This document shows positions 1 through 13,701 of a stretch of DNA of 64,000 nt, piece by piece (the stretch's first letter is position 1; each line of letters opens with the position of its first letter). Source of the stretch: Tubulanus polymorphus. Its lineage: Eukaryota; Animalia; Nemertea. Location: contig NC_134035.1 in assembly GCF_964204645.1 (NCBI RefSeq), positions 1,302,001 to 1,366,000 of the forward strand. Direction: 5' to 3'. Position numbers and translations under genes: made by a program. The notes below the pieces were generated by a model. That model was not told the origin of the DNA. It saw only the letters and a program-made list of their open reading frames with translations, and did not search any database.

Positions 1-840
1 GGCCTGGTTCTACAGGGCCTGGTTCTACAGGACCCATTTCTACAGGGCCTGGTTCCACAGGACCCAGTTCTACAGGGCCTGGTTCAACAGGACCTGGTTC
101 TACAGGACCCAGTTCTACAGGGCCTGGTTCCACAGGACCCAGTTCTACAGGACCCAGTTCTACAGGACCCAGTTCTACAGGGCCTGGTTCTACAGGACCC
201 GGTTCTACAGGGCCTGGTTCCACAGGGCCTGGTTCTACAGGACCTGGTTCTACAGGGCCTGGTTCCACAGGACCTGGTTCTACAGGGCCTGGTTCCACAG
301 GACCCATTTCTACAGGGCCTGGTTCCACAGGACCCAGTTCTACAGGGCCTGGTTCAACAGGACCTGGTTCTACAGGACCCAGTTCTACAGGGCCTGGTTC
401 CACAGGACCCAGTTCTACAGGACCCAGTTCAACAGGGCCTGGTTCTACAGGACCCGGTTCTACAGGGCCTGGTTCCACAGGGCCTGGTTCCACAGGACCT
501 GGTTCCACAGGACCTTGTTCTACAGGGCCTGGTTCCACAGGACCTGGTTCTACAGGGCCTGGTTCCACAGGGCCTGGTTCTACAGGGCCTGGTTCCACAG
601 GGCCTGGTTCAACAGGACCCAGTTCTACAGGGCCTGGTTCCACAGGGCCTGGTTCCACAGGACCTGGTTCCACAGGGCCTCGTTCCACAGGACCTGGTTC
701 CACAGGACCTGGTTCTACAGGACCCAGTTCTACAGGGCCTGGTTCCACAGGACCCAGTTCTACAGGACCCAGTTCAACAGGGCCTGGTTCTACAGGACCC
801 GGTTCTACAGGGCCTGGTTCCACAGGGCCTGGTTCCACAG
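1..840. repeat. 15-bp minisatellite array, consensus G(G/A)CC(T/C)(G/A)GTTC(T/C/A)ACAG, ~56 units, truncated by the window start
   Basis: Continuous 15-nt periodicity is visible. The low-complexity ORF 515-955 is a by-product of a stop-free unit. Confidence 0.97.
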
Positions 841-1624
841 TTGTAGAATCATTTACGAACAGAAATTGAAAACGGATGAAGCGAATTCTGATGATCTAGT
901 CGATCTAGTAATACATACGCCGCATGTCTGTATAACATTCAAAAACTTCCTGTAACCCATACCAGGTATGCTAATACTAAAAACAGTAATACGTATGGGA
1001 GGATATCACAGCCGGGTTAGAGTACAAAACAGAACCCTTCAGAAATCCAGTTGAGAGCCACTCACACCGAACAACAATAAGGCAACTGAAATACGCTCCT
1101 ATGTTTTACGTATAGTGTCGTCGTTGTGTGTATGTTTTCGGAAGTACCGGTGTCTCTAGTGAGAACGTAAACTAATATATTAGACACGATTATTGGATTA
1201 CCGTAACTACCACCCACAGTGGGGGGATCCCCAATCCACGCAGGGACTAGCTTTAAACCCGGACAGAATATTCAAGCGTCTTCTTCCAAAACACAGCTCT
1301 CGCCGTTTCAATCTATAGAATACCCTCTAAAAAGCTTGTGAAATTGTCGGCTTATAAATTCTCAACATATCGACCTCATCTCTGATGCCTTTGATGCTTT
1401 TAAGTCTGTGTTCGCAACTTTTAGTATAATCAATACTTAGAATAGCGTGTAAACTCCTATGATCCCTACTGTACTATCAAAATATTTGTGCAATTTCCAG
1501 AGTTAAGAACATATTTCGGTACGATCAGAAATCATCGTTATACCAATATTCAGGGGCGAAGATCATAGAACCAACATTTTTCTATCAAAGGGCACCAGAA
1601 GCATTACCGCTATTTGACTTGTTT

Positions 1625-1868
1625 GTTCCCTGAATTTTCTCTTGACTATTCCTTGATAAGTAAGTTGTTTTCCCGGACTTGATTTGCTAAGACTCCGATC
1701 AATTAGCACAGTCAAATACGTAAAACATCGACAGAAACTGATACATTAATACATGTGATCTAGCAATCTCAACAAATTGCCTGAATTTTCCCTGATTTTA
1801 CAAAATTCCCTGACTATTACCTGATTTTTAACAACTTTTCCACAATTTCCAACTAAGTGGCCACTCTG
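1625..1868. mobile_element. Non-autonomous repeat, 'TTCCCTGAC'-rich MITE-like family, degenerate copy
   Basis: Shares the core gacttgat(c/t)tgctaaga..ccgatcaatta.cacagtcaaatac with copies at ~6607-6760, 9451-9725, 53846-54075 and 57908-58186. Ends in gtggccactctg. Confidence 0.7.
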
Positions 1869-2700
1869 TATATCCTCTATTTCTATTTTCGGTCAGTCGT
1901 CAAGTTGGTAAAGTTAACCAGTGGATAGTACATAAGTTCGACCGATCACATGACTATATCTGTACTTCAATTTCAGATTTCAATTTGTTCCCGGCAGGTG
2001 TAGTGCGTGGTGGGTTTGCAAAGGACACTAAATCAAATCACAAATAAGAGGGATGATCCCTATTTCATCCCTATCATAACTCCACTATCGGAATGGTACT
2101 TAACTTCTATCACTGTTGAGCAACTGTCCCCAGGGTGAATATACATTGACACCACCAAAGAGGTGTAAAGGGGAGCCAATGAACCCCCCTTATAAATTCT
2201 GCACTTTTAAGTTCTAAATTTTGTTTTTTCAGTGATCGATAAATATTTTGCCTTTAAAGGGTCCAGAAAATGCACCCCTCAAACTTCGAATTTCAAAAAT
2301 TAAAACTATGTAAGAACATCAAGGATTCAGAAATGTTCGTCTGCGATCGGCGCGCGGCAGATACGAATTATAGCATATAGTTTCAGCTGTATTGATTCTG
2401 ACCACCTTTAAAAAATCTTAGTGATGCTTAGTGATAGAAATAGGGGATACATTTTTGGTTACGAGATTTCGTTTAAGAAAAATAAAACTGATCAAAAATT
2501 GCGCTATAATCCTCTGCCTTCTACCGCGCACGCTGTTCATATAAGTGGCTTATGAAAAGGGGATTAACGGTTAATAAACAGTTTCTGAAGACTGCGTACT
2601 TCTACTCGGATAGCACCACGCGCGTGATCGGATGGTAAGAGATCGCTCTTAACACCATCTTACACCCAATAGATAAACAACTAACGTAATATTTACTTAC

Positions 2701-2800
2701 AGTTCCGAATCATCTCAGCTACACAACCCGACTTCAATATCCTCTCTATCCTCCACACACGTCCCGACGATTCGAATAAATCCTTTATTTATCGCTCCTT
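2701..2800 (-). other. Possible first exon of a gene running off the left edge of the window
   Basis: Perfect donor GAACT|GTAAGT at 2700-2695 on the minus strand, ATG ATT CGG AAC T at 2713-2701, and a CpG/microsatellite-rich 5'-UTR-like region at 2.7-3.5 kb. No downstream exon was identified. Confidence 0.25.
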
Positions 2801-5258
2801 TTTTTTTTCAAAAACAACAACTTTCAGTTTCTCAGTTATCCAAACTTTCGAACGACGATTACTTTTTTCTCGTTCGCGAACGCGCAACGTGTTTTAACGC
2901 CTACATATTGCCGCGATTTTCTCAAAACGCTCTCTCTCTCTCTATTCTCAGCACGTTGATAAAACGTCGTCGTCGTCGTCGAGTTTAAACTTTAAACTTT
3001 ATTATAGATCATACTAATAATAATAATAATCTCTTCTTCCATACGTGAATACGCACATATCAAATATACATATATATATATATGTATATATATAATGAAT
3101 TTAATTCCTTCACACTACACGCAAAATGACCCGTTAATAATTCTCTTCTCGTTAATACTTCGTCTTTTCCTATTTAAGAGCTACGTATATATATATATAG
3201 TTAGTTCTATAGCACGCGCGCGTATATCTCTCTCGCGAGAGTCTCAGTTCGTCGTAGTCGTTGTGTGTTGAATCTCTGAATGATCAATGAACTTTCCTTC
3301 CACCTACACGCACACAACACACCGGCGGCGGCGTCGACGTCGACGTCAGTGGTGGCGGGAAAACGAAACGAACGAACGCGCGCGCGTTTATCAGTAGCGA
3401 ACCTATCTACAGACGCTACAACCAACAACACAATATCACAGTTCATAGTGTCCGATCTAATTACTTTCAACAGGGTGACGACCACTTTCTGCCAATTCAT
3501 AAATTCCCCGAGTTCTCATTGATTTTTTAATCGTGATTAAACTAAATTCTGAGTGAATCCGAGAAATTCATTGGTTTAAGACGTTACAATTTATTCATTG
3601 TTCATTGAATTGATTGCTGATACATGTGGTCAATGATGATCATACCAGAATTCCCTAAATTTTCCAGGTTTTTGGCAAAATTTATCTAATTTTTCCTAAT
3701 TTGTCTATATTTTTTCTGATTCGCAAGGACCATGACGATGATTTAAGGATTTTAGAGCCCATTCCATAATACTCAAGGCCTTGAATTAACCCATTCCCAT
3801 TTCAAAACTTTTCAGGGCCTTTGAGGACTGCTGCAATCGCACAATTCACGCAATAACTTGACCTGTGCTCAAATCTGGGTCGGGCCAAATTTGACTTAGA
3901 GGCCAAATAATAGGCACGGGCCCATTTGGCACCCATGTAAACAGTTGTTCTGGGCCAAAATCTGCATGGCGAAAAATGCTTGTGAAAGAATTTTTTGCAA
4001 GAAATTGTTTTGATCGCGGCTTAAGTCTATATGTTGTTGTTAACCGTATGATAAGATCATACACGCGAGTTCTATTCAAATCAAAACCGGTCAAAAACTT
4101 TCGCCTATTTTTGGAGGTGGACCCTCGGCTTAACCTAACTAACCCCTGAACTAAATTTAGACGGATATTGCACGCTTCGTTACGAGTCATATTGATAAAA
4201 ACGCAGTCCCTAAGAAACCTTTTCGCTTTAAAAACTTTGCGAGGCACAAATAAGAACTCAAACCATCGGTATTCCACTGCCATCGATTTACAGTTCACAG
4301 GTTTCGAATCCCAAGAGTGACTAAGGTTTTCGGCTGGTTTAACCTTTCCCCATATTACCGAGAAAAAAAAACGACCCCAAATCCGCTAAGCACATAGGTT
4401 GAAGGATTGAAACGCTCTTTCAAATCTAGAATGAAATGCTCTCGTACATTCATTCAATTTTTTTAAGGTAATGCTACACTGGCCATTCAAGTCAAAACAA
4501 TCCCCGTTTCAGGTAATATATACACACATATATGTCGTATATAATATATAAGAATTGAAAATTGAAATTAATTTTGGTTGGCTGCCAACATTACGTTGTA
4601 TTCAAGGAGATTCAACTGGCATATATATATATATAAATATATATATCAGTATTCATTCCGACGTTTTATATTATATCGAAATTAGGCCGCGCCGGAAAAA
4701 ATAATCTCGCATTGAAAATAATCAGGTTTTACCTGGTTCGAATCAGGCTAAACGCCGTGAATAGTTCGTTGTAGTTTCAACGCGCGCTCGATAACTTTTC
4801 AAACGCTTTCAAACACTTTTAGTCTCATCTTCAAGCTATGATTCATTTTGACGACTATTGAACTGGCGACAATTTAATTCAACTTTCTTGTTAAATCTAT
4901 GAGCTCAGTCTGAAGAATATTCACATCAATACAAACTCTGACGAAAAGAGTGATGACTTTCAAACGCTTTTAGTTTCATCTTAAACATCACTTCGAGCTA
5001 TTTCCATTATGAAGACAATATTGAACCAATGATATTTATTATCTTCGAACTCAGTATAAAGAATGATCACATTGATGCAAACTGCGACCGAGCGACAATT
5101 TCCAAACACTCTTAGTTTCACTGTGACATAGCTTAATGCTATAAGATCATTCTAGAAGACGATTGAACCGATGATACCGAGTTAATAGTTTCAGCATAAC
5201 TTATTTCGCTTCAATCATCTACAAACTCAATCTCAACAATATTCACATCGATAAAAAT

Positions 5259-5970
5259 CTGGTTCTACCCGGTTCTACAGGGCCTGGTTCTACAGGACCC
5301 GGTTCAACAGGACCCGGTTCTACAGGACCCAGTTCTACAGGGCCTGGTTGTACAGGACCTGGTTCTACAGGACCCAGTTCAACAGGACCCAGTTCTACAG
5401 GACCCAGTTCAACAGGACCTGGTTCTTCGGGGCCCGGTTCTACAGGACCTGGTTCTACAGGACCCGGTTCTACAGGGCCTGGTTCTACAGGACCCAGTTC
5501 TACAGGGCCTGGTTGTACAGGACCTGGTTCTACAGGACCCAGTTCAACAGGACCCGGTTCTACAGGACCCAGTTCAACAGGACCCGGTTCTACGGGGCCC
5601 GGTTCTACAGGGCCTGGTTCTACAGGACCCGGTTCTACAGGACCCAGTTCAACAGGACCCAGTTCTACGGGGCCTGGTTCTACAGGACCTGGTTCTACAG
5701 GACCCGGTTCTACAGGACCCGGTTCTACAGGACCCAGTTCAACAGGACCCGGTTCTACAGGACCCGGTTCTACAGGACCCAGTTCAACAGGACCCGGTTC
5801 TACGGGGCATGGTTCTACAGGACCTGGTTCTACGGGGCCCGGTTCTACAGGACCTGGTTCTACAGGACCCAGTTCAACAGGACCCGGTTCTACAGGACCC
5901 AGTTCTACAGAACCTGGTTCTACAGGACCTGTTTATACAGGGCCCAGTTCTACAGAACCTGGTTCTACGG
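5259..5970. repeat. Second array of the same 15-bp minisatellite (~47 units)
   Basis: Same unit as 1-840 (gacccggttctacag / gacccagttcaacag). Confidence 0.97.
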
Positions 5971-8900
5971 GAAAAAAATCTGTTCAATTCAATGACCATT
6001 ACAACGAGGGTTTAGTCGTCAAGGGGTTAACGACCGAAATACTGAATGTGTAAACAAGAAATAAGTCTCTTCTTCAATTCACGACCGATACATATTTATA
6101 TATCGCGGGTGAAAAGTTCCCAAAAAGCAAATTTGAATCGCGTCGTAAAAACACGGATCTCGAGAGACAATTCGAGATTGATATTTTAAAGAGATATTGT
6201 CCCGCTGAGCGGTGGTTGTATACAAATCAACAGGTGGTGTGTTATTGACGACAGGGCGAGCCGCACGAGCTCCACCCCTCATTCGTTACGTCTCTGCGTG
6301 ATACAACAACGATTGAATGAGTATAATCGCGGCGCCCGGTGAGCAGGTATGCCCGGGGACACGGCTTCCCGCGACGGAGCCCACAATACCGATCACTCGA
6401 CTCGTCGTCGTCGTCGTAAGGTCAAAGTTTCCGTCAAACGTATTTAAAATAGCCGAGCGAGAGAAACGTAAACACGTTCGTTCTTAGAACGTGTTTCAAG
6501 CAATATGAAGCATTTGAAGCCATCATTCAAAGCTTTGATTCTAGACCCTAGATTTGTGTAGTTAGAGGTGGAAAATCAAGAATCAGGGGGCGCCCACTTT
6601 TATTTGACTCGCTTTTCCCTTGACTATTCCCTGACATACACGTTGCTGACTCGATCTGCTAAGAATCTGATCAATTAACACAGTCAAATACATAAGACAT
6701 AAGACAGAAACTGTTTGATTTTACGCGCGATCTAGCAATCTCAACAAATTTCCCGACATTTTGCTTATAGAAATTTTGCTCGTGCGATCGCGGCTTCCAA
6801 ATACTTTTCACCATTTATACAGTAAAACACGCAATAATCGGTTTTAATTCACCTCTAGTTGAGGGTATAACCTCGCGACAACAACAACAACGCTCGATTA
6901 ATTAAGTTCACCTCGGCCCCCGATAAACCGTCGACGATGGAGATGACGCGATAGCGCGCGATCAATCGCAGCGCGGTTTCTATCGGTTTCGATATCGTGT
7001 AGCGAAAGCTATTTACGTCGAAATAAATCACAAGTCGAACATGCGGGTAATTTTATAAACCGGTCACCGTCACCGCAGCCGATGATCATCGGTATTATCG
7101 TCGTATCTGGTTTTCATGAGGAGACTAGTCATGCACTCGCTACATCGTCAACGTCCTAATGCCATCATTCGGTGAAACCTAATTTCGAAGAGCACTCGAC
7201 ATATTACATTAAATCAACGCGAGTTCATATTTCCACAGTCGGATTTCCTGGTAATTTGAATTTTATTTCGACTTCGTTTTTTTTTTTATGATTGATTTCG
7301 AGTATCGTTTAACCTTCCGCGAGACCAAGCATACAGGCCATCGTACTAAAAGTTTTTGAAAGCGCGGTAACAATACATCTGTCGATGATGGAACAAGTAC
7401 CTGTATTATTGAAAGGGATATACTTAACTCTGTTAACCCTTTCAGTGTTGACTAATTAATACCCGAAAGTGTAGGAGATAATTTGAAAGTTTTAAAAAAA
7501 TTCCCCTCTAATATAACAGGCATACTGCTTTAGTTTAGTGAGTCTACATTCAATTCAATTTTCTTCTCATTGATTCATTAATAATTGATTTATTTAAGGA
7601 AAAAGTTCATTCAATTTGAACGGAAATCGAGACGATATTCAACGCGGATGACCAAGTAACTACTAGTGACACCTGGTGGATCCTCAGCTGCCATATGTAA
7701 TTGGAATCTTTGATTGCCACTGTAGCATTTGCAGCACCCGATTGTAATAACGCAATCTTTTTTTATAGTATCTCATTTAAATACAGTAAATAAATAACAA
7801 ATCCGATCTTCTAATCTAGTGTAATATCTCATCAACTCTCAGATCTATGCTCTATGGGTGCGGTTTTACTTGCACGCCAAAAAAACGGTCATGAAATATT
7901 TAGATTAGCCGTTTTTCAAGTTCATGTATTCGTTGTCTAAGAACATAATTCATTTTGGAAGAACACATTTCGATTAGACGACCGATCGATGAAATACGGC
8001 AGACGACGGCGAAGAGCAATTTGCGGTTTTTTTCATACCGCGACACACTAAACATAGCTGAAGTACATTGGTCTTGATCAGTAGGTTAAATAGACGAATG
8101 AACTGACGCGTGACGGTACATGATTGAATTGACGAGGTACGACGGAGGGGGGATGGGGTGAAGGGGGGTTAAGCATATCGATTGATACGTAAAGATGTAG
8201 CTCTCCGGTTTTGACGTATTTCTCTCCTAATGATGCTGCACACACGCGTTCAGAATCACTGGTTCAATATTAATTGCATAACGCAATTGATCAATTGACT
8301 GATTGATTGATTGATTGATTGACAAGTCTTTTCATTACTGATGATAAAGCCAACTGTTCTGTGGCAAGTGAGGGTCCACTAAGTATCACTACTAGTTGCT
8401 ACTAGTCACAAAATCTTCGCTTGCCACAGTAGAAGTGCCAGTACCCTATCATTATTGATAACACATACTATATACCTGATGCATTCCAGGGCCTCGGCTT
8501 GACAACCATCGTATGATTTTCGGGGTGCTGATGTTTGTCGTGTTCAAGTTATTCAACCAGTTGCAAATCTTTATATTTTGTACCTCGATAATCATCAAAT
8601 AAATCAGATCAAATCATCGATAAACAGCGACTGAAAAAAAAGATCTCATTCATGAATTTGATGTCCATTCGCGCTCCCGCAAACAATAGATCATTTTCAA
8701 AGTGGACAAATGAATAATGTACACGACGACCGACGCTAACTTCATTTAACGAATACAAACCGTTTAAAAATCTATCCATCACTTTCGCTTATCGCAATTT
8801 CTGTTTCGCAGAGAAAAGACAGGTAATAAATAAACGAACCGTGATGAGGACTGAAGCCGGTCGTTGGCTACTGCCGTAGAGAACTAGAGAGAACAGACTT

Positions 8901-9226
8901 CGTTCTTCGCGTGTAATTGCTACACAAAGTAGAAAATTGACTTTTATTCCCGCGTGTAACGAACGGAATTGGCAGCGTGGAAAATTTGCCGTGCGCATAT
9001 TCCGCGACGGGGGAATTTTACTCGTTGGATGTCGCGCAATAATAAAAGCCCGACGACGACGACGACGCGGTTCACAATGGGAAAAATTCACAATCGCTCG
9101 GATAGAATTCGACGATGTAGAGGTGAATTTTTTGTCATGATTAAAAACAACATTCGCGTGAAATACTAATGATATATACGAATAATTACAGGTCGCGCAA
9201 AGAAAAAGCCTTGTTTCTTGTGTCCT

Positions 9227-9366
9227 GGGGCCGGTTGCATAGTCATGGCTTAGACTTAAGACCAGACAAAGACCAACTTAGTTCTATAGCCAATCTAACA
9301 ACTTAAGACCAGTCTTAAGATATAAGACTACTTTTTGACTTAAGTCACGACTGTGCAACTGGCCCC
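9227..9366. mobile_element. ~140-bp MITE with TIRs GGGGCCGGTTGCATAGTC...GACTGTGCAACTGGCCCC
   Basis: Terminal inverted repeats are visible. A near-identical copy lies at 40898-41036 and a partial copy at ~23497-23555. Confidence 0.85.
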
Positions 9367-9450
9367 TCAGGTATTTCCCGGAAAGTCGCAAAAAGGGCGC
9401 GCAAATTTTCAACTCTTTTTATGAAAAAAAGTTTATGTCAGAAAAATATA

Positions 9451-9725
9451 CAGGGTGGCACTTGCTTTTTCCCTGACTATCCTGACTATACCCTGACATG
9501 CGCGATGATTTTCCCTGACTTGATCTGCTAAGAATTCGATCAATTAACACCTAATACATAAGACAGACAGAAATTGATTTTACGCGCGATCTACCAATCT
9601 CAAGAAGTTTTCCCTGATTTTAACTTTTTTGAACAAAATTCCCTGACATGACCATTCTCGGACGGTTTTTAAAGAAAAGAAAATTCCCTGACTTTTCCTT
9701 GAGTTCCAGGTAGATGGCAACACTG
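9451..9725. mobile_element. MITE-like element with CAGGGTGGC termini (TTCCCTGAC-rich family)
   Basis: Starts cagggtggca and ends tggcaacactg. Multiple dispersed copies occur in the window. Confidence 0.75.
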
Positions 9726-10020
9726 TCTATATTGTACAAGCGTTTACCAGTGGTGCATTAGGGACAAACCTTACTAAAGTGCAATTTACAAAATGTGACT
9801 AAAAAATCATTTGAGAACACTACTCAAATAGATGGAGGAAAAAATGCAAAATATCGCATGCCGTTGCTTGCTGGACCCAGACCCAGAACGTATTTGTCAA
9901 GCAAGCATCATTACACTACTTACAGTACATACAGTCATGAATGCCTTTCAATTCAAAAATACCGAGATATTAACTTAACCCTAAACCCAATGAAATGATT
10001 TTATTGTTACTTTATTAGTT

Positions 10021-10023
<3 letters not shown>

Positions 10024-10074
<51 letters not shown>

Positions 10075-10092
10075 TATATGTATATATATATA
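10024..10092. repeat. (AT)n microsatellite
   Basis: Seen directly. Confidence 0.95.
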
Positions 10093-10994
10093 GTAAAATT
10101 GTACGGTAAAATAGCGGAAGTAAATAGGCCTACTTCGCCGTAGGCTATACGGTTAAATAGCCTATCACCGTAAAATTTACTAGGAAGTGTATATTTTGTC
10201 AATACAGTGTGGCATTATTTAGTAAACGGTAATTTGGCACAGAATATCCACTACCTACCTCATTCTCACTTTCACTTTCATACAAACTTATCTGTATTGT
10301 TGTTACGACTCATGTGTTCAGTGTAGCGTGACCGACCGACATCATCTTCATTCAACCTGCCATCTGAAAACATAGAACATACCTTCAGACCAAACCAGTC
10401 TCTGTCTCTCCTCCATCTGCCAAAGCTGCCCGCCATTTTCCTGAAGTTAGTCATCACGCGCCCACCATCGGGCATGGGCTGCACTGGGCCTGGCTGGAGC
10501 CTGGAACATTTCCATTTCATTCAGCGCTTTCAAATTAGTTGGGCCCCAGCCTCCACCGTTAAAATTGCATCGTGTCTAAAACGCGGATTTGGTGTTGTGC
10601 CCGTATCAGCGGATACAGTCGCGGACTTTTTCGCGGATATCATGCGCGCGAATATCTAAGGGGTATCAAAAATAAGGCCTAGTTAACAAAGCCAGTACAG
10701 CGTCGCATTCCGGTTTTTATGAAACTTAGATTCATTTGGATGTTGCTTGTTGTCCGTTATGGATGCTTGAAAGTTTTGTGGAAAAATTAGCCGGAATCTT
10801 TTCATTTCTTCTAAAATGTGGACGCCATGGAGTTAGGGCAGTCCAAAAAGATGACCCATCCATTATAGAGAAGTCAAGTCAAGTAGAACATCTTGAGAGG
10901 CAGAAAACAGAACAAAAAACATCCTATATTTCTTTATATTGGCTTGAACAATTTTTTCAAATGAATTATCTTTCGTGAAATGTTGAACAGTAGT

Positions 10995-12471
10995 TCAGCG
11001 ATCGTTGCAGAAATCACCGACGCACCCGCAGAATTTGAGCACGTCCCCGCGATAGGTGGTCACCCTCACGCAATCAACATCGGATGTTTGACTTCCGCAT
11101 CCTCTCAGTATATACCTGCCACCTCTCGCTAAAAATATACAAACAGAAAGAAAAACTGAAAAACTGTTGAATTTTACACAATTAGAATATAGTGAAGTCC
11201 AAATATTGAAGCGCAGTAAAAGTCTTTCCGACATTGGGATCCGATGAAAAACATGACATTGTAACGAATTTGGCGTTATAAACGAATAATTGGGGATTTC
11301 ATTGAATTCGGGTGAGGGGTGGTGGAGTTACCGGTAGATTGGGCAAATTTGTTCTCTGAAAAATGTTGGCAAATAAGGCAGCGGCATTAAAAAGGACTGC
11401 AACATCATAAGGATCGGACTGCACTAACAATTTCAATTCTCGTCGAAGGCACTATATACGGCCTTCATAAGCGGACATTGAGACACTTACCCAATTGAGT
11501 ATAGATTGTCATACATTTATATCTGCAGTGTATCTTCCTGGCTATTTTATCTAACCTGCTCCCTCTCCAACAATCCCGTCCATACCTCGTGTACGACGAG
11601 TCGCAGAAGTAACATCGAACTCCCGAACCTACAATTAGAACAAACACTTTACCGGGTCACGACTAACAAGTGGTGGTGCTGCCTTCTGCGACACAGTCAA
11701 AATATCCCTTTTTGGTCAGGGTGGCCACTTTCCGCTCATTTACAAATTCCCCTTAGACCTAATCCAGGGTGGACCCAGACAGCAGAGGAGCTAGCACTGG
11801 CACTAAAATTCCCTGCATTTTCACTGATGTTACAAAGAATTCACTAAGTGAATCTGAGAAATCTCTTGGTTTAAAATGTTATAATTCAACCATTTTTCAT
11901 TGAATCACCTACTGATAAAGAAACAATAGCATTATCCGAATTTCTAGATTATTCGAATTCCCCCCCCCCCCCCAGAGTTTTCCAGGTCAGTGGCCACCCC
12001 CTGGTAGGGCCTAGTGGTATGCAAAGGCAGCGATGATCAAATATGAGCTTTACTCCATTCCTAGCTGTGTACTGCTTAGAAAAAAATGCTTAAAAAATTG
12101 ATACCTCGTTTCTCGTTTTTGCTGTGCTGAAAACGACCCGGCCGACCGCCTATCTACTCTGTACATTACACTTTTCTAAAATCACGATCAGCCATAACAT
12201 CCGGCAGCTATAGAAATGTACTGATTACAAATTTCATCGCAGTTTACAAAATGACCTGGCCGATTAGGAGAAACCAGGTATCATTTTGTTTTAGCCTTAT
12301 TTTCGTAAAGCCTATTGAATTATTTTGTTCAGTTAGGCCCTGTGGCTGGCTTGTATCACCGATTGATAACTAGCATACGAAAAACAAACGAAATTGTGTC
12401 AAACATCGCTTCTTACCGATACCACAACAACACACGCTCAGAAATACAAGTCCTACGAATAAACCGTTCAT
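10995..12471 (-). CDS. Secreted Ly6/uPAR (three-finger, Quiver/Sleepless-like) protein, copy 1, ~108 aa, Arg-rich, no GPI tail
   Basis: Exons 12471-12417, 11628-11491 and 11128-10995 (GT-AG, phase 1/1) give MNGLFVGLVFLSVCCCGIGSG-VRCYFCDSSYTRYGRDCWRGSRLDKIARKIHCRYKCMTIYTQLARGGRYILRGCGSQTSDVDCVRVTTYRGDVLKFCGCVGDFCNDR*. It has a signal peptide and 10 Cys with the CxxC start, RGC and CxCxxxxCN end typical of LU domains. Confidence 0.9.
11717..12003. mobile_element. MITE-like element with CAGGGTGGCCAC...GTGGCCACCCCCTG TIRs, in intron 1 of Ly6 copy 1
   Basis: Terminal inverted repeats. Internal similarity to 3545-3720. Confidence 0.7.
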
Positions 12472-13701
12472 TTTTCCTGCAGCCGAATCGATAGAGAGCA
12501 GACTATACTATATAGTTTTCTTTCCGTTCAGAAGTATGTTAGTTATATATAAACTGGATACAAATATAAATATTCACCTCTGGACAAATTACATATAATC
12601 CATATTAATTACATATAATTACATCCGTTCCGTCGGGAAACATTATGCGCAGGAAAATCTTTTTTATTCAGCGGAAATCGTGTGACGTATTTTTTGTTCA
12701 CGGCAATAAATGCCAGTTTTGATTAATGTCGAACTATTTCTCTCTCGTTTACAATCGCTTTATGTTTTTATAGCGTCGGATGGTTTCATAGATTAAAAGA
12801 CAATGAAATGTTGCGCAATTAGAAGATTTTGTTCAGGTGCCCGAATGTTCGTTGTTACGAGGAGTTCCATCAACACGAACAGATTTTCTGATTCCTTGAA
12901 TTTTCCGCAAAAGTAAACAAACAGCGCTTTCCTCGGCGTAGATTTTTTGGCATCAGCCATATAAACGGATACACGGCCGCGGAATTCTTCGCAGTCGACA
13001 AACTCGCGCTAAACCACTCTGTCAAACTATATAGGATGTATCAGAAAATGTGTTTCCTAAGCTGTATGGTTGATCAACTCAATTCTTATTTCTTATGGTT
13101 TGACTCCATTTACAGCCATTCAAAAACACGCCAGTGCTCAGCCATCAATGGCTAATCTTTGCATTTCAACATTTCATCCTCGAGCAAACATCCAGGTCTA
13201 CCAACCTTACCCCCAAAAACTAATTACGATTATAGTTAATGAATAACTAATCTAAAAGCTGCGGTAACACATTTTCTGAGACATCCATAGGGTTAATTAG
13301 ATTGGCAAAGGGGCATTCACATAAAGGTCGTATTGCCTTCAAGGTTTTCGACTCAAAAAACTAAAACGCCAATGAATGACTGTAAACTATCACTAATTAG
13401 CATTTCATCGTAATTAGTAACCCTTATCATGTAGCAGTTAAACATTCATTTGATTCACGTGGATTTCCACTAATCACGTGACATGATCTCAAAAATATTT
13501 CGATGAAATTCAACCGATCTAAAAAGAATTGTTCATAGGACAGCGCGTTGCGAGTGCGAGTCGTTCCCCAGAAATCGTCGGTTTAAAGTCAAGCTCGGCA
13601 CCAAAAGAATTGAGACCTTGATTGTCAGCAGATATTAGACCAAACCTGTGAGGCAGAAAAGAGCACAACAAACACCTTATATTTCCTATTGAACAATATT
13701 T

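Noticed and set aside
515-955. 146-aa repetitive ORF, and silk-like (PGSTG)n or (GLVLQ)n readings of the array
   Set aside because: The 15-bp unit is stop-free in all plus-strand frames. There is no true ATG, signal peptide or splice context, and the unit matches a MITE TIR.
3207-4298. ORFs of 80-150 aa (3207-3500, 3280-3522, 3846-4298)
   Set aside because: No recognisable domain or consistent exon structure; probably UTR, regulatory or TE-derived sequence.
5348-6015. 215-aa and 68-aa repetitive ORFs
   Set aside because: Same minisatellite artefact.
6079-9169. CpG-rich patches and short ORFs as possible exons
   Set aside because: No coherent spliced reading frame could be assembled; they may be regulatory but this is unsupported.
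10278-10659. ORFs 10278-10520 and 10474-10659
   Set aside because: No homology signal; the apparent donor and acceptor are only 19 nt apart.
13519-13645. Possible extra (GPI-signal) exon of Ly6 copy 2
   Set aside because: It lies after the in-frame stop at 13702 and its translation is not hydrophobic.
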